From assembly GCA_951406725.2 (NCBI GenBank), contig OX597816.1:52018001-52082000 (forward strand): a stretch of DNA of 64,000 nucleotides, written 5' to 3'. The stretch's first letter is position 1; every line of letters starts with the position of its first letter. This DNA comes from Octopus vulgaris. Its lineage: Eukaryota. A program made the position numbers and the translations under genes. Below the pieces are notes generated by a model, which saw only the letters and a program-made list of their open reading frames with translations, did not search any database and had not been told where the DNA came from. Shown here piece by piece: positions 42,920 to 54,855 of the stretch.

Positions 42920-43852
42920 TGTGTGTTTAAGCGTGTGCTTTGCGTGTATGCTTCCCATATGTATTTTCAAAGATTTCTGAAAAATGAGTTATATGATAGT
43001 AGAAGACAAGAAGTATAAACGTATTTAAACTTGATTTTCATTTGTTATGTGTAGATAATTTTATTGCCAGGCAATATAGACTCTTTGATATTGCGTTAAA
43101 TAAAAAAAATAGATAGATATCTACGACTATAAAATGAATTATATATTATCTTAACGTGAACAATTACACTGAATGAGGAAATCGCATTACAGTTAAAAAG
43201 AAGTGTATAGACCATATTTTAAGATGACATAAAAATGTCGGAACAGAACTAATAACAAAAGCCATGGTGAGGAGTAAGATGACAGTGGTTGTGGTGGTGG
43301 TGGTTGTGGTGGTGGTGGTGGTGGTGGTGGTGGTGATGGTGGTGGAGGAGGAGTAAGATGACAGTGGTAGTGGTGCCGGTGCGGTGGTAGTGGGGATGCT
43401 GATGGTGGTTGTGAAGGCGGTGGTGATGGTTTATTTAATTCGTTGAAAAAAAAATCATTAATTCGTTGAAAAAAAATCATTAGAATGCTTTCGTAAAATG
43501 TGAAATTTGCCATGATACAAGTATTCTGACCCGTGTCCAAAATCTTGTATAACAGCAAATAACCCTGGCTTTTATAAACAGAATTAAAGTGAAGATAATA
43601 GAAGGAAGATGAAATAGAATGGAAATACATTCTTTGTTGAGATAATCTAATTTGTAAAATACGAAAGGGAGTGGAAAGCTGACACAGCTGTTGGATTCTC
43701 ACTTCAAAATGTTCAATCTAGATCATTCGCATGTATCGAATACTAAAATAGTGAGCTCTGTAAAACTTTTCAAATATTAATAAGCTCGTGCTCAATGTGT
43801 AATGTCAGTACAAATGTTTCGGTCAAATCTCTTCGCCAGAGGAAGAGAGAAA

Positions 43853-44145
43853 TTCTTTGTAAACCCAGTACTTATTCTATCGGTCTCTTTTCCCGAACCG
43901 CTAAGTTACGGGGACATAAACACACCAGCATCGGTTGTCAAACAATGCTAGGGGAACAGACACAGACACACAAACATACACACACACATATGTATGTATA
44001 CATATTTACGATGGGCTTCTTTTGTGTTTTCGCCTACCAAATCCTCTCACAAGGCTTTGGTCGGTCCGAGGCTATAGTAGAAGACACTTGCCCAAGGTGC
44101 CACGCAGTGGGACTGAACCCGGAACCATGTGGTTGGTAAGCAAGC
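43853..44145 (-). mobile_element. SINE family A, truncated
   Basis: ttctttgtaaacccagtacttattctatcgg...gacacttgcccaaggtgccacgcagtgggactgaacccggaacc. Confidence 0.85.
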
Positions 44146-44622
44146 TAAATGATGATGATGGTAGTCACTCGTCGTCCAAGAAAGACGGTTCGGCAATATC
44201 TTGCTAAATGAGCTGCATAAGCTTTATTTGTTTATAGGGATCAAAGGTTTGTACTGTACATAAGCCTACTCCCTTCATCAAATAGACATTGCCAGAACCA
44301 TTACACGATGTACCACACGTCAGATGTCATAGAAAAACGAGAGATGAAGTGGCTTGCTGAAGAACACAACGCATCACTCGGTCCAGGTATTCAAATCATG
44401 ATCTCACTATTGTGAGTGCAACTCCCGGATCACTAGGCCATGAGCCCTCAAAAACGTTCGTTTAAGACCAATATATACATATTTGTCTTACTTTATTCTT
44501 TTTTAGACTGCTTTTTTAAACTTACATACATCAAATGGCATTTGTTGACGCTGATTTTCTACAACTGGTTATTCTTCCTGTTACTAATCTTTACATGTTT
44601 CCAAACAATTCATATATATAAA

Positions 44623-45013
44623 CTAGCAGTATCGCCCGGCGTTGCTCAGGTTTGCTTCGACCCTTTAGAATTGGAATTTTTGAAAATTAAAAATTTTGCA
44701 TTATGTAGCTTGTTATTATCTTTAAGTGAATATTTTTCTGGTTGAAATACACCGAAAAATGGCGACACAGCTGTCAAAATATCGTAAAAAATAGGGATTT
44801 TCATAGCAAAAAAAAGCACCTTTTTGATGTAAATAATTTTTGGTCTTAACATGGTCCGATTTGAATTTTATCTTCTACAGAATGAAGAGCAAGCCTTCTA
44901 TCATATTCTCAATGTTGGTCAACTTGCGCAGCAGGGTCTCGGAGGAGATAGTGTTAGTTAAAGGCTACCAAACCTGCTATACACAGACAAATTCAGCTTT
45001 ATGTATATAGAGA
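44623..45013 (-). mobile_element. Non-autonomous Helitron
   Basis: Minus strand starts A|TC at 45013 and ends CTAG|T at 44623, with subterminal GC hairpin CCTGagcaacgcCGGG about 12 nt from the 3' end; no TSD. Confidence 0.8.
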
Positions 45014-45016
45014 TAT

Positions 45017-45201
45017 AACAATTGCAGCGTGGAAGGTGTTTATAAGCCATATAAGAAACATACAAAAAACCGTTAGATTCACTTCAACATTTAAATTTAA
45101 TTTGCCAAAATATTTTCGTCGCTTTGAGACCGCGACCTCTTCACTGACAAAATTCCGTGTTCCTTGAATGGCTTATAAACACTTTCCACGCTGCAATTGT
45201 T
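45017..45201 (-). mobile_element. Foldback element (34-bp arms) enclosing an HHR-like variant at 45101-45151
   Basis: Arms 45017-45050 and 45168-45201; minus strand tttgtca-GTGAAGAG-GTCGC ggtctcaaa GCGAC-GAAA-atat-TT-tggcaaa. Confidence 0.6.
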
Positions 45202-46084
45202 TTCGATCCAGCACACGATCTCAGGTTAGATCACTTGCTATGCAAGTACATCTCCGTAATAATACACACACACACACACATATATATATATGTATGTATG
45301 TGTGTGTGTGTATATATATATATATATGTGTATGTATGTATATATATTATATGTATGTATGTATTTATGTATATATAGATATTATATTATGTACGTACGT
45401 ATGTATATATGTATATTTGGTCTGAAAATCGATTTACACTTCCATAGAATAATTAAACTTATGATGAAAATACTTAAAGCAACTCCATCGTCTATATTTT
45501 TTACACTTAGAAAGACTCGTGTATTCAAAGAAAACACTGAATATAGCCTAAAATTAAAGTTTTAAATAATCTTGTGATATTATTCTAAAAATACGATATT
45601 TCGGCATTGAAAATCTCTTCTAAATAGTCTGAATGATTTGATAAATAAGTTCTGTGTAAGACTGAACACAGCAACATTTAATAAGTTCATGATTATTTAT
45701 AAAACGCAGATTAATTCTTCGGTTCTTTCACGTAGAAAAGAGCGAATCGTACAGATAAAGAGGCACCTTATGAAATGGTTTTGATTTATTTAGTTATTGA
45801 AGATGAATTCTTTTGAAATTCCTTATTGTCACTTAGATGATACGAAGGATTAAACATTGAAGATAAAACTTGCTAGAGGTTCCATAGAAAAGGGGCTTTA
45901 TGAAAATAATTGAACGCATAGAGCTTTACCAAGGCTGAGCTCTGAACCCAATGTAGGACATCGCGAAGTGCATTTTATACAGTCGAGTTTGCATCGAAAT
46001 GGCTGCAGGAACTAAATCTTGTTGAAAAGTTGAAATGAAAACGGTGCATTTACGTTTGGCAGTAAAGTAGGACTGACACAATAA

Positions 46085-46572
46085 AGAACGAGAAAGAAAG
46101 ACGGAAAGAAAGATAGAAAGAAGAAAGGAAAGAAAGAAAAAAATGAAGAGAGAAAGAGAAAGAAAGAAAGGAATGAAGAGAGGAAGAGAAAGAACGAGAA
46201 AGAAAGACAAACAGAGAAAAATGTACAACTGACATAGAGAAAGAAAGAAAGAGTAAGAAAGAAAGAACGAGAAAAAAGAAAGAAAGAAAGAAATGAAGAG
46301 AGAAAGAGAAAGAACAAGAAAGAAAGACAGACAGAGAAAAAAGTACAACTGACATAGAGAAAGAAAGAAAGAGTAAGAAAGAACGAGAAAAAAGAAAGAA
46401 AGAAAGAAATAAAGAGAGAAAGAGAAAGAACGAGAAAGAAAGAAAGAGTAAGAAAGAAAAAACGAGAAAGAAAGAAAGAAAGAAAGACAGAAAGAAATGA
46501 AGAGAGAAAGAGAAAGAACGAGGAAGAAAGAACGACAGAAAGAGAAAGAAAGAAAGAAAGAAAGAAAGAAAT
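46085..46572. repeat. Polypurine (GAAA/GA) tract with about 120-bp higher-order duplication
   Basis: gtacaactgacatagag occurs at 46223 and 46343 within A/G-only repeats. Confidence 0.9.
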
Positions 46573-47659
46573 ACATCAAGCCTGAAAGAGGCAGAGATTA
46601 AAATACATAAAAATATCGAGCTTCTTTAAAGTACGCGTTGTGGTGGTGGTGGGAGAGATAATATTGGGATGAAAATAACGGCAAAAAAGGAAACAAATTA
46701 GAAGTAGATGCAGTTAGTATTTAGATGCAAAATATAGGCTAAGATGAAAGGTGTGTAGAGTTTTTTTTGAAGAACACAAGTGTTAATGCCTGTCTAATGA
46801 AAGGAACAAAACATGATTCACTAAAACAAAAATAAGCAACAATACTCGAAACAACAAAAGAGAGAAAGAAAGAAAGAAAAATAGAGGAAGAAATGCAGAT
46901 AGAAAGACGTTTGTGGCTAGTCTTTGTAGTGTTTTCATAAAGATTCCAGAAGATTCTTTAAACGTGTGGCAGAAAGCACTTCAAGATATTTATTTACATT
47001 GACATCACTACGTGAACTGGTTGAAAAGTTCCAGATACAGAAGTTGTAGCTCATTTTTATTATTTTTTTATTATTTTTTAAATATTTTTTATTTTTTTCG
47101 CTCAATAATTTTATATATTTATTTTATTTTATGTTCTTTTTCAAAATGAGCGTTTTGCGATTGATAAAGAGAACAACGCGTAAACACACACACACACACA
47201 CATACAAACAACAACAACAACAGCAACTACAACCATATCAGAAAATTTACAATGAAAATCAGAAAAGCTCACTCCGTCGACAACAACACCGAATAAAGAT
47301 GAAACTAAGGTTCATGTTAAAAGAAACCAGCATAAAAGTATTTTCTAATCGGTCGGCTTTCAAAAGTTAATAAAGTTAGTTTAGTGAAGCAATTATTTCC
47401 TTAGTTAAATATTTTACAACCTACGACATACACTCACACACACAAACAAACACAAATATATATCTATGTGTGTATATATATATGCATATGCATCTCCGTG
47501 TCTATGCATGTACTTACATGTAAATGGATGATATATGAGCACGTCTCTACATCTCACGCTCTTTGTGAAAACTATAAAATAAGGAAACCCATTTCAAGTA
47601 AATAACTCTTCTGAAAGTCCCTAAGGACATTTTCAAATTCAGTTATTCACCTTTTTGTT

Positions 47660-48440
47660 TCTTACCTGCCCAGAAGGGGCTACACACAGAGGGCACAAAC
47701 AAGGACAGACAAACGGATTTAGTCGATTAAATCGACCCCATTGAGTAACTGGTAATTATTTAATAGACCACGAAAGGATGAAAGGCAAAGTCGACCTCGG
47801 CGGAATTTGAACTCAGAACGTAGCGGCAGACGAAATACCTATTTCTTTACTACCCACAAGGGGCTACACATAGACAGGACAAACAAGGACAGACAAACGG
47901 ATTAAGTCGATTACATCGACCCCAGTGCGTAACTGGTACTTAATTTATCGACCCCGAAAGGATGAAAGGCAAAGTCGACCTCGGCGGAATTTGAATTCAG
48001 AACTTAGCGGCAGACGAAATACCTATTTCTTTACTACCCACAAGGGGCTACACATAGACAGGACAGACAAGGACAGGCACACGGATTAAGTCGATTACAT
48101 CGACCCCAGTGCGTAACTGGTACTTAATTTATCGACCCCGAAAGGATGAAAGGCAAAGTTGACCTCGGCGGAATTTGAACTCAGAACGTAGCGGCAGACG
48201 AAATACCTATTTCTTTACTACCCACAAAGGGCTACACATAGACAGGACAAACAAGGACAGACAAACGGATTAAGTCGATTACATCGACCCCAGTGCGTAA
48301 CTGGTACTTAATTTATCGACCCCGAAAGGATGAAAGGCAAAGTCGACCTCGGCGGAATTTGAACTCAGGACGTAACGGCAGACGAAATACCGCTCAGCAT
48401 TTCGCCCGGCGTGCTAACGCCTCTGCCAGCTCGCCGCCTT
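47660..48440 (-). mobile_element. Tetrameric SINE family B (one head, four 184-bp bodies)
   Basis: cgaaatacc recurs at 47831, 48015, 48199 and 48383; a single A-box head at about 48392-48440. Confidence 0.9.
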
Positions 48441-48465
48441 CTACTCGCTATATAGATAGATAGAT

Positions 48466-48500
<35 letters not shown>

Positions 48501-48525
48501 CTACGTATGCATATAAAAAAGTGTG

Positions 48526-48576
<51 letters not shown>

Positions 48577-49217
48577 ATACACATACATACAAATGTATTT
48601 AATCTCCGTATGTTTGTGCATATACATACATAGAATAATCCACCTTTTAGTTTGTTTGGTTGACTAGTGTTGTTGGTAGTCAAGGAGATTTTTTAGCAAA
48701 ACCTCTTTAAATCTCATTCCCTGGTACCAAAAAGAGATCTACCCTACTATTTTACCATTTTAAGTCAAAAATCGTGTTTTGTAGGTTCCAACGTAGCAAA
48801 CAAATCAGGGCTTCATTGCTTTTACTAGCATCAGCACTTGTTAACTCATTATATTTTCCACAAATACTTTCTCTAATTCTTTATTTTTTCATGATTATTT
48901 GTTTTTATCACATATTTTTCTGTTTCTTTTATTTCTTTTATTATTGGTATTTTTCTTTAATTTACTATGGTCTTTACCACAGCATTTGCATAGAACAAAT
49001 CGATCTACATATATATATATATATATATAAAGCTAAAAGATAAAAACAGCGTACAATAAAACAAAACGGAATGTATTTATCTGATGTAAAAATCCCACTG
49101 GTGAACGTGATCTTGTAGATTTGTGTGAATAATTAAAGAATGTTGCAAATTTGAAAAGAAGAGAAAATAAATACAGACACCAGATGTTGTTTTTCCCTTT
49201 CACTTTTTACCCCTCTC

Positions 49218-49279
<62 letters not shown>

Positions 49280-49350
49280 AGTATGTACGTATGCATGTAT
49301 GTATGTATGTATATGCTCTTATATTTCACATACACACATACACATACACA

Positions 49351-49404
<54 letters not shown>

Positions 49405-49598
49405 TATCATGAAACATTCACAAACAATGCAGTAAGTAGTAAGTACATAGCTATTAGATTATATGCGGACAGAAAATTGTTTAACAAAATTCCATATATA
49501 AACATACTTGCATATATATATATGCGTGCGTGCGTGTGTACATTTACACACATATATATATATACACATATATATATGTATATACATATGTGTGTGTA

Positions 49599-49642
<44 letters not shown>

Positions 49643-49860
49643 CAAATCAACTTGAGTGTATATATATATCGAATTGTGTGTGTATTTGTGCTTTTGCATG
49701 ATTATGTACGTAATAAAACCGATGTTTTTCAATCACCGAATGTTTCCAATTAGAAAAAAAAAAAGAAACAGGATAGAGATATAGAAAGGGACAGAGGAAA
49801 AGAGACAGAAAGGGAATGTATGTATACACACACACACGCACACATACATACATACATACA

Positions 49861-49922
<62 letters not shown>

Positions 49923-49928
49923 GGATAA

Positions 49929-50077
<149 letters not shown>

Positions 50078-50368
50078 CTATCAAGTACCTATATGCACGG
50101 GTATACTCCTTTCATTGCATTCAGATAACCGTGTGCATACTACTGTGCACAAACTTACACGCACTCATACAGAGAACTCATATACACACACACCCAAAAA
50201 CCCAATAGAGAAGTACAATAAAGAACAGATACGTACTTCCACTCCGAGATAAAAACTTAGGCACATTTCAATATGTAACTGTATAACCATCACGGTGTGA
50301 ACAGATACCTGCCTGAATCTATAATTCGTTATTTCTTATTTGTTTGACTGTAGAAACACCAATAGATG

Positions 50369-50411
<43 letters not shown>

Positions 50412-51077
50412 ACACTCACACACACACATACACATAAACACACACAAACATACACACACACACACCATATGCATATTCACACAGGCGCACGCACACACAT
50501 CAATCATAGAGGACAGAAGTGCTGAATAATCAGGCAGGCAGAAAGGCAGACAAGCAGACGGATATGCTTACACGCAGTCTTACGTTTTTTATATGAATGT
50601 GTACTTATTTGGGGGGATGTATACGTATGTATATATATCCATGTATATACACTTGTGCAACCGTTGGTGTTAATGGAAGAGAGAAAAATACTGGTAGTCC
50701 GGAGAAATCCGTCTAAGAGTCAACTGCAGAATCAGTGCAAATTACTAACATGCGTGCCTGCGTGCGATTGTGTGTGTGTGTGTGTCAAAGGGAGAGAGAG
50801 GGGGGAGAGGGAGAGAGAGAAAGAGAGAGAGAGGGCGTGGATAAATCCATAGATGGATAAACACATTCCTATAATGATAATCTTCCTTTAAAACAATATT
50901 CGTATGCGACAAATATCTATTTTTCTCCTACCGGAGTTCGCATAAATATATAGGCGTAGGAGTGGCTGTGTGGTAAGTAGCTTGCTTACCACCACATGGT
51001 TCCGGGTTCAGTCTTGTGAATGGATTTGGTAGACGGAAACTGAAAGAAGCCCGTCGTATATATATATATATATATAT

Positions 51078-51501
51078 ACAACTTATAAATAAGGGCAAAC
51101 GAAAAAATTTCTAATGCCAAATATGCCGAAATTAGACACCCTGTCCATAACCATATAATTTTTTCACAATATGCACGCTACTCAAAAAAGGTCGACAGAA
51201 ATTTCTAAAAAATTCCATTATTACCATATCGGACCGATTTCAGGAAATAAATGAGATACTTACTCATACCCATGTATGAGTTATTTCTTTGCCACATTTA
51301 TCACTGACGAAGGGGGGGTTCTTATGAACTAACCCTGAAATCGGTCCGATATGATAATAATGGAATTTTTTTAGAAATTTCTGTGGGCCTTTTTTGAGTA
51401 GTATGCGTATTGTGAAAAAATTATATGGTTATGGGCAGGGTGTCTAATTTCGGCACATTTGGCATTAGAAAGTTTTTCGTTTGCCCTTATTTATAAGTTG
51501 T
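51078..51501 (+). mobile_element. Foldback Penelope-like element (about 167-bp arms)
   Basis: 51078-51244 is the reverse complement of 51334-51501; the element probably continues to about 51590; (TA)n on both sides. Confidence 0.85.
51298..51357 (+). ncRNA. Type I hammerhead ribozyme, intact
   Basis: ttatca-CTGACGA(51304-51310)-AGGG..GTTC ttat GAAC..CCCT-GAAA(51337-51340)-TCG gtc CGA-TA(51351)-tgataa; perfect 6-bp stem I. Confidence 0.88.
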
Positions 51502-51604
51502 TTATAAATTTAACCTTTAAAGGTATTTTTTGATATGCTGGCCATTGATAAAAAAATTTTTTTTCGAAAAAATGTTATCGTACATTATATATATATATAT
51601 ATAA

Positions 51605-51800
51605 CCTAGTGGTTAGGGCAGCGGACTCGCGGTCGCAGGATCGCGGTTTCGATTCTCAGACCGGGCGTTGTGTGTGTTTATTGAGCGAAAACACCTAAAA
51701 GCTCTACGAGGCTCCGGCAGGGGGTGGTGATCCCTGCTGTACTCTTTCACCACAATGGCGGTGCCCCAGCATGGCCACAGCTCAAGAGCTGAAACTGGAA
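51605..51800 (+). mobile_element. SINE family C head and body joined to a family-A-like tail
   Basis: cctagtggttagggcagcggactcgcggtcgcaggatcgcggtttcgattc...gtactctttcaccacaa, then tggcggtgccccagcatggccacag..ctgaaac. Confidence 0.75.
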
Positions 51801-51819
51801 AAACAAAAACAAACAAAAA

Positions 51820-51863
<44 letters not shown>

Positions 51864-52371
51864 CGTATGTATGTATGTATGTATGTATGTATGTATGTAT
51901 GTATGTATGTATGCATGTATGCGTGTGTGTGTTTGTTTATGTGTCTGTGTTTGTACCCCAGCATCGCTTGACAACCGATACTGGTGCGTTTACGTCCCTG
52001 CAACCAGCGGTTCGACAAAAGAGACCGATAGAATAAGTAACTAGGCTTACAAAGAATAAGTCCTGGGGTCGATTTGCTCGACTAAAGGTGGTGCCCCAGC
52101 ATGGCCACAGTCAAATGACTGAAACAAGAGTAAAAGAGTATATGTTTCTCCCATAGAAGCCACTAAGAAAGATGTAAGCAAAACCTGCTGAAACAATATG
52201 AAAATAAGATTTGGGTGTTAGGAAAATATTGAGAACTTTTTATAGGTAACTTATGCAAGAGGAAATTAACCACTGCATATTTCTGAAAGGGATGCATAGA
52301 ACCGATCCTATAAGGTTGAGAGCATATATGTAATAGCCTTAATCCGTTCTCTCGTTTAACATAAGCATATA

Positions 52372-52715
52372 TGTTTCCTTATTAGCCACACGGGGCTGCA
52401 CACAGACAGGACAAATTACAAGGTAGAGCTTTTCTTTTGGGGATAAAAAAGGGGGGTGGTTTTCGATCAAAAGGTATCGTAAAAGGAAAGAAATAGGAAA
52501 GCAAAAGCAAGAAAATAAAAAACTAAAAAAAAGGGGGGGGGGGATAAAAATAAAAGGAAAAAGAAAAAATCGATCAATAGGGATCGTTATCGCAGAAATG
52601 TTAATATAAAGTGTAAAGGGGAAGGCAGGTGAGGTTTACCCGTAGAAAGAAAAGCCTACGGAAAAGACCACGGTAACCTCGGTCAATGAAGTCACATGTT
52701 ACATTTTTGTTTTTT
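52372..52715 (-). mobile_element. Probable LINE 3' UTR fragment sharing its terminus with the SINE B tail
   Basis: tttccttattagccacacggggctgcacacagacaggacaaa versus SINE B tttctttactacccacaaggggctacacatagacaggacaaa; the upstream sequence is unrelated to the SINE. Confidence 0.55.
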
Positions 52716-52991
52716 ACAAATAACTAACTCTCTGTATACCCTGATTGATACACTGCAACAGGCATTCGAGTAAGATGCCTCCTCTGTCCGAAGCCCTATG
52801 ATGTCCCTTAATATATACGTAAATAAATACGTGATTATATACGTAAATGTGTGCGCGCATGTGTTTGTGTGCGTTTATATGTATATATGTTTGTGAACGT
52901 TGTAATATATGCATGTTTTTGTGTGCAGAGAGATAATACTTAAAATGTAATTCTAAATATCTCCATGCACACCAATAGGCGGTCAGACAGT

Positions 52992-53082
<91 letters not shown>

Positions 53083-53110
53083 GCAGATATATATATATAT
53101 ATATATATAT

Positions 53111-53190
<80 letters not shown>

Positions 53191-54170
53191 TTTTGATAAC
53201 CTTTGCATATAATATGCCACTATATCTTTTGAAGTGTCACACGAGTATCATTTGTAATATATTACATAATACAGATAATATCAAGTTAAATATAATTACA
53301 AGTGTAGCATTGGACAGTATTGATTTTAATAAATTTATACCATTTTTAAGCGCGTCTGTTTCTACCTTTATACATTTAGAAGCATATTATATACAGCTGA
53401 TCAGTTCTTTTCTACATCGGTAATGTTATAAATTACCCCAACAACATCGATTTGTCCATTTAAATGGAAAACAAATTGTGGCGTCTGTTCTTGAAATACA
53501 TTATGTGTTTGTCTGTGTGAATATGTAAGTATATTCATAAAAGAAATATTACGACTGCCTTACTATTCAGTCATTCGTTTGATCAAGGTAAGCAATAAGA
53601 ATTGTCTTTAACAGTACCTCGAAACCCCAACACATGTAAATTTGATTTGCCAAGAGCTGTCAAATAATACTTTAACATACTGTCTCCCAACATTTTCACG
53701 GTGGTTCCCAACAGTGATTCCCAACCCTTTTATTTAAATGAGTTTTCCCACGGACCTCTTTTAATATGCTTAACTATATATCCATATATAGTTTTCCTTA
53801 TGTATTCAAAACTTATTTGCCGATTTTGACGTATAGTGTATCAAAAGATTTAGCAATCTTTCGGCTACCAAATAACCTTGATTTTCATTTACGTATTTGC
53901 ATTACAAAACTTTAACATTATAATCTTCCTATAAGTCAACTATCAGAAACGACATTTTATACCACCACCATGACATCACATATATATCTATATATTAGCA
54001 GATGTCTGTGTATTTGTATGTCTGTGCATAATGCCAATGAGGGAGTGAGAGAGGAGAGAAAAAACAGAGAAGCAAAGTGAGGAAGAGGCTCTTTACTTCT
54101 TCATCTCCTCATTCGTCACAACGTTCTTCGATAGGGGAGAATGTAAATAGTGTGTTTCAGTAAGTTAGAA

Positions 54171-54215
<45 letters not shown>

Positions 54216-54415
54216 GAAACAGACATAGACTAAAAGAGGGAAACTGTTACAGAGGGTGAGAGAGAATATGTGTGAGCGAGAGAAATACAGAATGAGAAAA
54301 AAGACAAAGAAGAGAGAGAAAGAAACAGAGAAAGAAAACAAGTTTGTATAGAAGTTGAAAGAGAGAGGAATAACGGGAGAGAAAGAGATGTTCATGTTTA
54401 ATACCATATGTGCGT

Positions 54416-54516
<101 letters not shown>

Positions 54517-54639
54517 CGTGTGCGTGCGGCGTTCCACAATCGCCATTAATTTCAATCACTCATTTTTTCATTTAATCTCCATTTTCCTTTTCAAAACAGT
54601 TTCCGAGAAGAAAAAAAATGTTCTCACTCTCTACAAGTG

Positions 54640-54855
54640 GAGGCGGGATAGATGATCAGTGTTCTGCCGTGAAGCAAAGATGAGTACAGGTAGCCACTGT
54701 AAGGTCACTAGAGATCCCTGCGCAACGATAGCAAATACATGAAAACGACCGAAGGAGAAGTGTTGCACGTAGGACCAATGAGTCACAAGAATCAAGGGAA
54801 AAACGGTTAGAATAATTACGTCAACAAAATGCAATCTGCAGGAGCCAAGTGTCAA
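54640..54855 (+). pseudogene. Decayed STPR-like 23-aa repeat coding fragment (probably a Helitron RepHel N-terminus)
   Basis: From 54711: EIPAQR*QIHENDRRRSVARRTN / ESQESREKRLE*LRQQNAICRSQ; 23-aa period; both stops are one C>T change from Gln codons. Confidence 0.6.

Larger units (their letters stand above)
50953..52140 (+). mobile_element. SINE family A split by about 0.85 kb of nested insertions and microsatellite
   Basis: Head 50953-51058 and tail about 51930-52140 in the same orientation; a foldback element and a SINE C copy lie between them. Confidence 0.7.

Noticed and set aside
45926-46579. 217-aa F/L/S-rich membrane-protein-like ORF
   Set aside because: It is the antisense translation of a polypurine repeat.
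47660-48440. Regular 184-bp repeats resembling a CRISPR array or satellite
   Set aside because: There are no unique spacers; the units are SINE bodies in a eukaryotic context.
54765-54825. Cluster of CCAAT, TGAGTCA and TTACGTCA motifs as a promoter or enhancer
   Set aside because: Short motifs are expected by chance, and the region is better explained as a decayed STPR-like coding fragment.
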